A stretch of DNA of 64,000 nt from NCBI GenBank assembly GCA_001179505.1, contig CDMY01001019.1, positions 62,001 to 126,000 on the forward strand, given 5' to 3'. The DNA comes from Vitrella brassicaformis CCMP3155. Taxonomy: Eukaryota > Protista > Chromerida. Each line of letters opens with the position of its first letter. The stretch's first letter is position 1. Shown here piece by piece: positions 1 through 10,636 of this stretch. The notes under the pieces are model-generated. The model saw nothing but the letters and a program-made list of their open reading frames with translations. It made no database searches and had not been told where the DNA came from. Made by a program: the position numbers and the translations under genes.

Positions 1-2305
1 TTCAACTCGCCCCACGCAGCCTGTGTGAGCACACCGCACACACACGTGCACACGTCTGAGAGAATGAAAGACAGCGAATGGGAAGGCTTGCTCACTTTGC
101 TGAGGTTGTGGCTGCCGACATATACCCACGCAACCTCCGGACGCCGGGCGGAGCCCGTCGAGCGGTAGCCATACCTGAAATACACACACGCCAATTCGGC
201 TGCTGCTGCCTGCCTGCCTGCCATATGCAGGTGTTTCCGCCGCTCACACACTTGAGGAATGTCTTCAAGTGAGGGCACGATGACGATCTGCCTGGAGGGT
301 AGGGAATGGCGGCCTCTTCGCACACCTGCCTGCCGTCGACGTCGTGCGTGCCCCATCTGTGGAGGGCGCCGCGCGGCAAGTCCCGCTCGCTCTTGTCCGC
401 CTTGTCGGCTATCTGCAGACTCTCCCGCGCGACCTTGATCGAACTGAGCAATCAATCATCGACATATGGATAAGAGAGAGGGAGGTTGTGTTGTGTTGCG
501 CTGTCCTTTGTGTCAAGCTCACCCTCACCTGCCCCCTGGCCATCCCTCGAGTGACGTCCGCACCTGCACACAGAGCGCATGAGAGGCTGTGACTGCATGG
601 GAGGATGCATGGCATGGAGGCCAGTGTGCTTGCCTCGTGCTCGGTGGGCAGGACCAGCTGCCACGGTATGTCGGCCTTTATCTGAGGGTGGGACCCACTC
701 GAGCACAGACTGCCTGCACGACCACACACACCACACACATGGCCATCCACAGGAACTGTGTGCATGATAAGCTTTGGGGCTGACTTAGGAACTCTTCGAT
801 CCAGTCGGCATCGAGGCTGCCGATCGACGACACCTGACACACCACACTAAAGCTGACACACAGACACACATAAACAGGTCCGGTGAGCGACTGGCAGATC
901 ACGAGCATGAGTCTATCCCTCGCGCACTCGGCCATGTTCTGAGGGTCCGCCTGGTGCCTGAGCAGATGGCGGAGCCGCATGTGGCCCCAGCGGTTGACAC
1001 TCGGCCCCACAACGGTCTTGTTCGAACACACGTGGTTGCCCTGCAACACACGGACGCACATCAGTCTTGTCCCGGCTTGAGCCCTTCTTCTGTTGGTTGC
1101 CTCACCTACCTCGACTGACGGCACGGAAGCGACGATTTGTCCGATGGCTGTCGAGTAGTCGAACGCTTTGATCTTGTCACACCAATCGTCCGCCTTTGTG
1201 GTGGCGCCAATGAAAGCCGACAACTGATCTGAGAGATGACAAGACAGACACCAACACTTACAATAGATAGAAGGAATTTGTCCTGACCTTCCATGTCCTC
1301 GCCAAGTGAGGATCGCAGCTCGGCGCCGTCCTCTTGCTTGCGTGGGAAGTCCTGCACGTAGACGGTCTGGTTCTTCTTCCACCTGAACACACACACAACA
1401 CGCACACACGTGTGACCCCATGCGCCAGCCACGAAGCGCTCCTCTCTCCCTCTCTTTGGTCTCACCACTCGTCGTAGAGGAAGTTTGCAGATGTGATGCA
1501 CACGCGGATGCGGTCAGCGTACGCCAGCAGGATCAGCTTGGGGTGGAAGGTGCTGTGGGTCCCTTTGGGCAGCGGCACCGCCTCGACAGCCACCGTTGCT
1601 CCAGACGAGGCGAGCATATCATCAGCAGACCGGCGGAGCGATTCGAGCCGCAATACTACACACACGCGCACACATAAGGGTTCGCACGGAAGTGGAGTGT
1701 GGGCGAATGTTGCCTGCTGACTTCTTCGCGGCATATTGTGTGTGTCCCCGGTGAGGATGGTGATGTGGCGCATCGTCTGCATCACGGGGCACTCGGACAC
1801 CAACCACGGCTGATGGAACAAAGGACAGCAAGAAAGAACGCGTATGCGTCTGTGTGGATCTATCTCTGACCGGCCTGCCTGCCTGCCTGCATTCTCTCAC
1901 CGTACCTACCAGGTCAAATCTCATGCAGCATATCAACATCTGCAAAGGGGAAACAGAATCTCATAATTCCATTGCAAAGGGGCACAGACAGGCAACGTGC
2001 ATATATCGTGCACCTCCCCTCCCAATCCACCTCACCTCCTCTGCCGGCCCATCGATGACGTCCCGAATGCTCAAGCAGCCCTCGTTGCCCTCGCCATCGC
2101 CCCCATAGTTCACTATCGCGTTGAGGTAAAACGGCTGGCAGCGCCACAGCCAGGCGGTCTCACTCGCCCGTCCCTTCTTGCGGGCGGGCTCTGCTCGCTT
2201 GGCCGGGGCGTCGTCGTCTTGAGTGAGGTCTTGAGGATTCTCGGCAGTGCCGTCGTGTGCGTCATCTCGCGTCAGGTCGATTTCGGCAGAGATCCTTCGC
2301 TTCAT
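1..2305 (-). CDS. TDP1: Tyrosyl-DNA phosphodiesterase 1, multi-exon, 3' end runs off the window
   Basis: Spliced minus-strand exons carry both HxK catalytic motifs (FHPKLILL...RVCITSANF; GRSSSCPHLKTF). They also carry KNQTVYVQDFP, IVASVP, GHMRLRHLL, QVSSIGSL and WVYVGSHNLSK|AAWGEL at bases ~1-120. ATG at 2305. Confidence 0.93.
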
Positions 2306-2874
2306 GGCTCATCTACCGCTCGTCCAGCTAATAGCCTTCGAGCCGTCCCGCAGCCCGTCCAATGCAAAGGCAAACACAGAGAATGAGAATGAGAGATAAA
2401 CAGCGAGGAGTGCATGAGTCCAGGTCCGATCTCTTCCCACATGCGTCACGCACCTGGTCTGTCGGTGTGCGGCGCTGCACGACGGAGTCGTAAGACTCCT
2501 CCTCGACACACGCACCTGTCAAGCCAACATACATTCAGCACATCCACGCACGCTGAATGCGAGTACCCGTCGTGATGGATCTTTTGCACCTTCTTCCTCT
2601 GATTCAGACCCCAACACGTGCTTGAGCAGCCACAAAGCCGTCCTCTGTAGCGAGCTCAGAGAATCTGTGTGGAGCATTCTTGGCATCTTTTCGATGCTGT
2701 GGGTGCCAGAGGAGGCGGCTGACCCGCCTGCCTCGATTATAGGCCTCCACTGAGAGGTTGTACACACATCTGAGTTGGTGAGCACGTCGTTAGAGATGAG
2801 GCAGAGGCATGGATAGATGCCGAGAGTGATGTGATGTGCCTCTTGTTTGCAGGCGTATACGACCCTGGCCAGCC

Positions 2875-4424
2875 ATGGCGGCTGCAGCGTCATCCTCATC
2901 CGCTGCTGCTGCTGCTGTAGCCGACTTGCCTCAGCCACAGGTGAACGAAGGACGCACACACGCACACACAGAGATATCATTTGCCACATGCATCGCGGTG
3001 GCTTTTTGCTCTCTTCATTGGTTTGTTTCATCCATCAGGCAATGTCCTCGTCGAGCCATGGCCGCCCCACCAGGCCTCAACAACTGCTACCCTTTTTGAT
3101 CAGCGAAGTGGCCCGCTCGGTGGCCATCATAGGCGCACTCCTCGCACAAATCGCCAGCGGCCCCCTCACCCAGCAGCAGAAGCTGCTGCACCATAGCAAG
3201 GAGACCATCGAGAGCACTCTGCTGCAGCGCGTCAAGAAGCACATAGAAGCACATAGAAGCACATAGAAGCCCAGCTCGCCGCCAAGGGCCTCAAAGACAT
3301 CATCACCCTCTCCCCTGACCTGACATCGCTCGACGTGCTGCTGCGGCTGGCGTACTTCATCGACAACAGCGGCGAGTGGTCGGCGACGGTGCCGATCATC
3401 AGAGTGGCCAAGCATCAGGGGCGGGTAAAGCGGTTGCCCATAGAGCTGGTCAGCGCTGATGTGGAGGGGGTCGGCAGCCGGGCGGTGTACGACAGCCGGT
3501 GTGAGGCGCTACGCCAGATCTCACTCATCGGCCGCCAGATCGGGCCATTGGTGCGGCGCGTCAATGGCGCGGAGCTGCTGGGTGGGCGTCCGCTGACCAT
3601 CCGCACCCGGCAGACGCTGCCGGCCGACCACCCCTTCCGCGATAGATACGACGAGGCCAACCCCGTGTGTCAGGAAGACGGTGAGGGCGGGAGGGATAGC
3701 AATAGGAGGGGGACCATTGGGCTGTGTGTGTGTAGGTGAAGAGTTTGCTTCAATTCGCGACATTGTGTTGTATCGGTGAGAGAGATGAGCAGAATGACAC
3801 ACACGAACACTTATACGCATTGGCTGCACCGCTCTGCCATGGTGTGTCTGATCGGTCAGGATGGATCATGGAGGGTGGGAGGTCGCGAACAAGATGGTCT
3901 ACCAGTTCGACGATCCCCAACGCTGCGAGCGACTGGTCAGTCACACAACCACACACACACGAAGCACTTCACCAGCCGCCCCACTCCCTCATTGTCATAT
4001 CTCACTCTCTCTTCAGCGGGTCCTCGCCTCTCAGCCGCCGCCCATCTGGGACTGCCGCAGCACCAGCACCAGCACCAGCAGCCGCTGGGTAGCAAGAAGC
4101 TTCTACCGAATGATACTGCTGCACGGCGACCAGCCCGACCACACCTTCGAGGCGCACGTCATCATCTGCAGCTCCGACGCCGACGCCCCAGCCGACGTCT
4201 CCCTCCACACGACGGAGCGGCCGGTGGATGGCAAGGAGGGTGCGGCGGCGCTCCCCGAGACAGTGAGGGTGGTGCGTGATGTGATGGGAGCCGACGCACA
4301 AGTGGCGTTCGGCAACTGGCTGGACGTAGCCCTCCCCCCAGCTGCTGGTGCTGGTGCTGGTGATCAGGGTGGCGAGCAGACCTCAGGCAAGCACCTGAAG
4401 GGGCGGCACGCGGACGAGCTATGA
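2875..4424 (+). pseudogene. Lineage-specific hypothetical gene with its frame broken by a 10-bp tandem triplication
   Basis: Exons 2875-2940 and 3039 onward join in phase. ACATAGAAGC x3 at 3241-3270 gives a stop at 3264-3266. Removing two copies restores KKHIEAQLAAKGLKDIITLSPDLTSLDVLLRLAYFIDNSGEW, which continues into ORF 3335-3739 and later exons ending at 4424. Confidence 0.55.
3241..3270 (+). repeat. Tandem repeat (ACATAGAAGC)x3
   Basis: Read directly from the sequence. Confidence 0.95.
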
Positions 4425-4603
4425 ATGGATCAGTGTGTGTGACTGTCTGTGGGTGCTGCTGCCGCCTCTTCGTCATCTGCTGCAGGTTCGGCGATGGGCT
4501 ACCCTTCGCAACACACTGGTACATACACACATCTACACAACACGCGGCACACAAGTGCACCATGGTCGTTCGCCTCCTTGTCCAACACTACAGGCGGTGA
4601 TTT

Positions 4604-5426
4604 GATGGACATAGACAGCGGTGGCGGCCCGGCATTCTCTGCAGGTCTAACAGGGCGCACCTGATTGACAGCTTCCGTGTGTTATGCCTTGTGTGTCCTG
4701 GCTGTGTGACTTAGGTTGGCAGGGCGGCGGGGCGGGTGGCGGCGGTAGCTCCCGTGATCTCCTGCAAAAGATACGTTCGATGCGTTCGGTGAGAGGAAGA
4801 GAAGAGGGCTCAACACATGCAGCATTAGAGATGTGAATGGGTTGGTTTTGGCTTGCAGGTCGCCTCGCAGTTGGTGTCTGATCTTGACGGGGCAGAGCGC
4901 ATGATAGCCTCACAAGCTGACAGCACACTGGTCCGCACGAAACACAACATAGCCGAGCAGCAGCACTCTCTTGCCATTCGTGTGTTCGTCTTTTGCCTGC
5001 AGGATGGTGCGTCGGCCGGCAGCCTCTCTGCCCTCCTGGAGACCCTCACCAAGCAGCTGGCAGAGATCGCTGACCACGACCCACAGGCAAGGCTGCAATG
5101 TCATATCACTAACACACACAGGCCGACACACAAACTCAGGTGGACCATTCATTTTATGTGTTCAGGTGCCTATTAGTGTCCCTTTGGTGTCTGCTGGCGT
5201 GTCGTCATCTTCTGCCGCCCCCGCTGCGGCCGCCTCAGCTGGTGGTGGTGGTGGTGGTGCTGATGGCAATCGTGGCGGGAAGCGCAAGGCGGCCGCATCA
5301 TCGGCATCGACTTGCCTCGATGGCGGAGAGGGTGACATGGCGGCCGACGACAGACGGGCGGTGAGGCGGCGTCGCAAGCAGACGGCGGAGGGCGCAGATG
5401 GCGGCAGCGTGATGGGGGAGCAATAG
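4604..5426 (+). CDS. Hypothetical low-complexity protein, multi-exon
   Basis: GT-AG bounded segments read MDIDSGGGPAFSA / VASQLVSDLDGAERMI / DGASAGSLSALLETLTKQLAEI / VPISVPL...GSVMGEQ*. No recognisable domain and the start is uncertain. Confidence 0.4.
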
Positions 5427-5838
5427 CTGATACCACACACACGGACTGACTGACTGATTGGGGGAGGGAGGGGCTGACTGAGTGACCGAGTGAGCTGACG
5501 GACGGACGGACGGACAGAGAGCTGATAGACAAGCAGAGGGGAGGGCGTCGGAGGGAGGGAGGGGTGGCTGTAGTGATGGCCCCACCCGTGGATGGCTGGG
5601 TGTGGGTGACTCGACGTGTGTGTGAGATGCAATGCATGATCGGCAGTGCTGGCCGGCTCACCGTCCTCACATCCAAACAAATGCCATCGATTCAATGGTC
5701 CTTCCTCTCTGCGAGCTTTGAGCTCGCGGAGGTGGAGTTGCCACTTGCTATGATGGTGAGGAGATCTGCGCGTCGATGAATGACACCTCACTTGCGCGTG
5801 TTATGCGCTTTCTCTGCATTCATTCACAGGTCACCGCT

Positions 5839-7867
5839 ATGGCATCTGCGCTTTCCCTTCTCCTGACTGCGTGTCTTGCCTTCGCTCATGGGGTGGCTGG
5901 CGTGCGCCAATCGGCTCGTCTCACCTTTCAGATTGCCCCTGTGGCGGCTCGCCAGGAACGCCCGACTCATCGCCCCGTGCAGAGGGCGACTGCCCTTCAC
6001 GCAGAGGAGCCAGAGGAGGAGGTACGTACGTGATTGGCACAGCCGGGCGTGATAAGTGCATTTTTGTGCATTCATTCGTCTGTCTGTCTGTCTGTCTGAC
6101 TTGCAGGCCTTCGCCGAAGCCATGACGGCCAAAGCGATGCCGAAGGGCAGATTGAGGGGTTTCTTCACGCGTCCAGACATATTGAAGCGATACTGGGAGT
6201 CAGTGGATCCCATCGGCCTCAAGGCAGCACCAAACAAGATACCTCTCACGGGGGGTCAGAAGTTGCTGGTCCGCGAGGGCTATGTGGACATCGCCAAGAT
6301 CATTGTGGACGTGTTTAAGAAATTCAACAAGAAGATGTCTTCATTTCCGGAGGGCTTTCGCGTTCTGCTGCGTGGCTCATCGGGCGTCGGCTTGTCTTGG
6401 TTTCTTCTCTTCTTCTTGGCCGTGCTGAAAGGCGAGATGCACCGAGGCGAGAACTTCAAGATCTGGTTCGTGAACAACTCCTGTGGGTAAGTCAGCAACG
6501 ACTTGCTGGCGGCCAGACGTGATGTTACCTGTTCGCTCCTCCTGGTTTTCATTCAGGTCATCGAATGTCGACCGGAAGGTGTATGAGCTGTGGAAGGACG
6601 GCTTTGTGAGAGTTTGCGACCCGCTAGAGACGTTGTTCCAGTTACAAGAGACGCAGCCGCTGGACTCATTACAACGCGACTGGCTGCTGATCGACGGTTA
6701 GCAGGGCGTGAGGGAGAGGGGCTGCATGCCTTGTGTGTGTGTGTGTGCAGGCTTTGAAGGTGCCCTGCATGATTTGTGGCCGGGCAGCGTCTTGCTGGCT
6801 GCATCGGCGCGCCATGATAACTACAACCAGTTCAAGAAAAGGCTCACACTCGATCTAGTCATGCCCACCTGGGCTGAGGAGGAGGTTGCTGCAGCCCTTG
6901 AGGGAACCGAGTGGCTCGACCAGCTGAATGACAAGCGTCCCTATGCGGGTGGCATCATTCGCGATTACTTTAGGCCTCTCTCTTCGCTCAAGAAGGATAT
7001 GAAACTCGCCGTTGCCTTTCTGAAGTATGAGGACGCTCGACGATGGAGGGGAGAAGCCCCAAGGGGTCCGTGGCTAACAAATTCCCTGAGACCGTTCTCA
7101 TGTCGCTCGATCCCGGTACCAACGGCCTCTACACCTTTGGGAAGGTCGGCTGGCGCTCGTCTTATATCCTCGGCGAGTTCATCCGAAAGCTGACCAAGCA
7201 GGAGCTGGAAGATGAGCTCGACCTCATCCATCGCCCGAGAACGATCATCGACAAAGAACGGCTGTTTGAGGGCCTCGTTAATGAATTTCTGGCAAAGACC
7301 AGGCGCCCGATAAGTCTGGAGCCGCTCAACCACCATATGAAACGTGTGAGCAACAGCACTCGAGCGTCAAGGATGCAGACGCCGCAGAACAAGCTTAGGG
7401 GTGTGATCCGAGTCTCGCTGGACACCACCCAGCACGAACGTGAGCCCCGTCTGTTTACTCGCAGCAGAGACCAGAAGAGGCCCTATGCCAACGTGCACGA
7501 GCCTGGCTTCTGGGTGCCCGAGTCCAAGAACTGGCCAGTCATCGACTCGCTGTACATCGACAGCGCTAAAGACGTTATCTACCTCATTAAGGTCACCGCC
7601 AACAGCGAGCACTCAGCCAGTGGATTCGATCAATCGTTGATCGCCAACTTGAGGACAAGCTCAGCGATCGGGGATGGCAAGAAGACCTGGCGCATCGTAT
7701 GGGCCATCCCACAAGGCGGCTCGATCACGCCGCAATGGCCCAGGGACCCGACTACACGCGAGGACATCAAGGACCGGCTGCTGTTCCAGGAATACGTCTT
7801 TGCGCTTCCTGCTGGGCGAGCGCTAGAGGAGATCAGCGCTGATCCGGTAAGTAAGGGCAGTCAGTGA
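5839..7867 (+). pseudogene. Crinkler/RHS-like protein: N-terminal leader + degenerate P-loop NTPase + PD-(D/E)xK REase-like domain, with an apparent frameshift
   Basis: Hydrophobic leader MASALSLLLTACLAFAHGVAG. Walker-A-like VLLRGSSGVGLSWFLLFFL, then WLLIDG, LVMPTWAEEEV and AGGIIR. The C-terminal FWVPESKNWPVIDSLYI...IYLIKVTANSEH matches the CRN REase pattern. The frame changes between ORF 6708-7193 and ORF 7043-7867 near 7031-7045. A GTAAGT donor near 7847 suggests one more exon. Confidence 0.65.
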
Positions 7868-9392
7868 TGTGGAGGCGGGGAAGGCGGAGGAAACGATGCT
7901 TGCTTCGTGTTATGTAGACTGGTACCCCGCAGCGAGGTGCAAAGGGATTGTTTCGCCGCTTTCTTCAAGAGTTCTTCAGCCGCTCGAAGAGGAATTGATT
8001 TTCCGTCCTCTTGTGGCCTGCTCGATGAGTATCTTCCGTGACCACTTTAGTGTTTTATCGTTGTTATCAGCTTCGTGTATACAGATTTCAGGCGCTAGCG
8101 ATGTCCATGTATGTCTCCCCACCGTGGACTGACAGACACGGAATGCAATGAACGACCTGCCCAGAGATGGATGGACAAAAGAGCGGAAATGCGTGCGTAG
8201 ATCTTCGTAGATCTGTCCGCTGCCATGCCTTCAGCCATTCATCCGATGTGAATTTTCTTCCCTCTAAGCTCGCATGACCGATCGCTCCCTGTGCCAAGGA
8301 TACCGTGCACATGCAGCATGCTTTGCTTTCCCATTGGAAGTGTCTATGAGGCCACCACCTTGCTCATCTGGACAGCTCATTGACCATCGCTGACATCGTA
8401 GGTACGCAGATCTGGCGCAGCACATGGTGATTGCCATCTGTGTGCTTAGCGAGTGAGCGACTGACTGACTGACTCGCCTACACACAATCGAGTCGACATG
8501 GCTGTCTGTCTGTGGAACGAATTTGGAACGGTCAGGCGTGTGGCTGACGCCGTGTCGGGTGGCAACAAGAATCATCCCCTCTCAGTCCGGCGGCTCCGTC
8601 GCGTCCACTCGGCCGCCTACAACGCAGACCACCGCCCCGTCCGTCACCCAACCTACAGATGGATGCACCAGAGAATGAATGTTTGTGGGACATCCGCCTA
8701 CATATGTCTCCCTGTCTGCGTCTGTGTCTGTGTGTGCAGGGGGGCTGCACGCGCAACATGAAGCAGCCGCTGGTGCAGGGGGGCAGCCGGGGTGTCAGGG
8801 GCGTCGCGAGCGTCCACCTCAGTGACGACGCATTCTCGACGCTCAAGCCGTGCGGCGCCTGCAAGAAGCGCAAGAAAGGCGCAGACCCAGAGGGCCTTCA
8901 CATCAACTGCAGGTGGGTCGGTGGGTGGGGTGGGTGAGTCAGAGGAGGAGTCTCTCTCGCGCGCGTCGCGTGCTATTTGCATACGCGTGGGCCGGTGCGG
9001 GTGTGTATGTGTGTATGTGTGTGTGTGCGCTGCACGCGGGGTGCAGTGCCTTCATCTGGCCCGCGATTGCGACGCTAACAGGGACCAGACCGAACGTGAC
9101 GTCGCCCAAAACACCATCGGCGCACGTAATAAGGAGGCCTGCTGAATATCTATCATTCATTCACACGCCACACATGCATTCCTTCTTTCCCCCCTCCCCC
9201 TCCCTCTCTCTCTGTGACAATTGTGCGTTCAGTGGTCCGGGCCTACACGAACGTTCGGTCGCGTGACGGGTCTGCCCGCAAGGGCGACAAGCAGCGGCGC
9301 TAAAGGCAGAACAAGAGCAGCACATTGCAGCACAAGAGCCTCGCAACGGCCGCCGCGGCTGACCACAGACAAGGTCGGCCAACTCACCAATA

Positions 9393-10636
9393 CAGTCCGG
9401 ACCGCGTAAGTGGGTCAGTACAGGGCTGACCCACTTACGCGTTTGACCCGCTTATACGTACTACAGAGCTGACCCACTTGTTTTCCAGCGACTTTTGGAG
9501 TGATATTTCGCTGTGAATGAATCACAGGAACCTCTCAGAGGCCCATTGACTCTTTTTTTCTCGCTCAAAGTCACTCAAAACGACGAAAAACCGTCTGTTC
9601 GTTCTCTCATTCATTCAATCAGACCTTGGATGGCTGCGAGAGCCATTGGATGTCTCCGNNNNNNNNNNNNNNNNNNNNNNNNNNNNNNNNNNNNNNNNNN
9701 NNNNNNNNNNNNNNNNNNNNNNNNNNNNNNNNNNNNNNNNNNNNNNNNNNNNNNNNNNNNNNNNNNNNNNNNNNNNNNNNNNNNNNNNNNNNNNNNNNNN
9801 NNNNNNNNNNNNNNNNNNNNNNNNNNNNNNNNNNNNNNNNNNNNNNNNNNNNNNNNNNNNNNNNNNNNNNNNNNNNNNNNNNNNNNNNNNNNNNNNNNNN
9901 NNNNNNNNNNNNNNNNNNNNNNNNNNNNNNNNNNNNNNNNNNNNNNNNNNNNNNNNNNGCCATGACGGCGCGAAAGGCATGACAGCAAGCATGACAGGAA
10001 CTTCAGGAAGCAAATCACATCAATCATGCCGCCCCGCCGCCTGCAGCAGTGAATGCATCAGACGAATGCATCAAGCCAATTGGCATCGCTCTCACGATAT
10101 GAGTGGGTGGGTGGGTGGATGGATGGGTGGGCGGAGGGCGAAGTGATGCATCATGCATGGAATGACTGCAGTCACATCATGGCTGCACAAACGTGTGTTC
10201 GGCTGATGAATGACGCCAGATGCCTCAGGTGACTCTGTTGACCACCCTCTTGTTTGTCACAAATGGGTGTTCGTGCCTCAAACGTGAAGCAGCTGCTCTT
10301 CCGTTTACATCGTGACTCAACCTCGCCAAGCAAACTCCGCTTCTCGTCGCAGATCACCATCGAGAATGGATCATCTCGAAAGATGACCATCAAAATGTCT
10401 GTATTTCTCCATGGAATCACTCTTTCATCGGTCCGCTCTTTCACAGAGAGGTTCGTCATCGTCTTGCGGTCATTTTGAGCCACGAATGGTCGGTTTGGAT
10501 GGCTGATTTGAGTCTCTTTGGGAACTGACCCGGTTATCCGGCCCTTTTTTGACTGTGTACGGAGTGATCGGGAGGGGCTGACCCACATACGCAATTGACC
10601 CGCTTATGCGGTGACCCACTTACGCGGTCCGGACTG
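9393..10636. mobile_element. Non-autonomous TIR DNA transposon (MITE-like, Tc1/mariner/pogo-type ends)
   Basis: Perfect 25-bp TIR CAGTCCGGACCGCGTAAGTGGGTCA at 9393-9417, with its reverse complement at 10612-10636. TA dinucleotides flank it at 9391-9392 and 10637-10638. Subterminal TGACCC(A/G)CTTA-like repeats occur at both ends. No transposase is visible and the element spans a 300-N gap. Confidence 0.85.
9659..9958. other. Assembly gap (300 N)
   Basis: Run of N. Confidence 1.

Noticed and set aside
8740-9145. Fanzor/TnpB-like pattern (P...G..R..R....V.L.DD..ST..CGAC...CRWC....RD)
   Set aside because: The resemblance is real but there is no upstream RuvC-I DPG motif and the catalytic Glu would be Asp. 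The spliced frame continues into transmembrane exons, and the region lies outside the adjacent TIR element. An HHpred hit to the RuvC/Zn-ribbon would revive it.
9513-10146. ORFs spanning the N runs (also 59635-60182)
   Set aside because: These are artefacts of translating assembly gaps.
10172-10594. 140-aa ORF inside the TIR element as a transposase
   Set aside because: No HTH or DDE/D motif is visible and it does not look like coding sequence.
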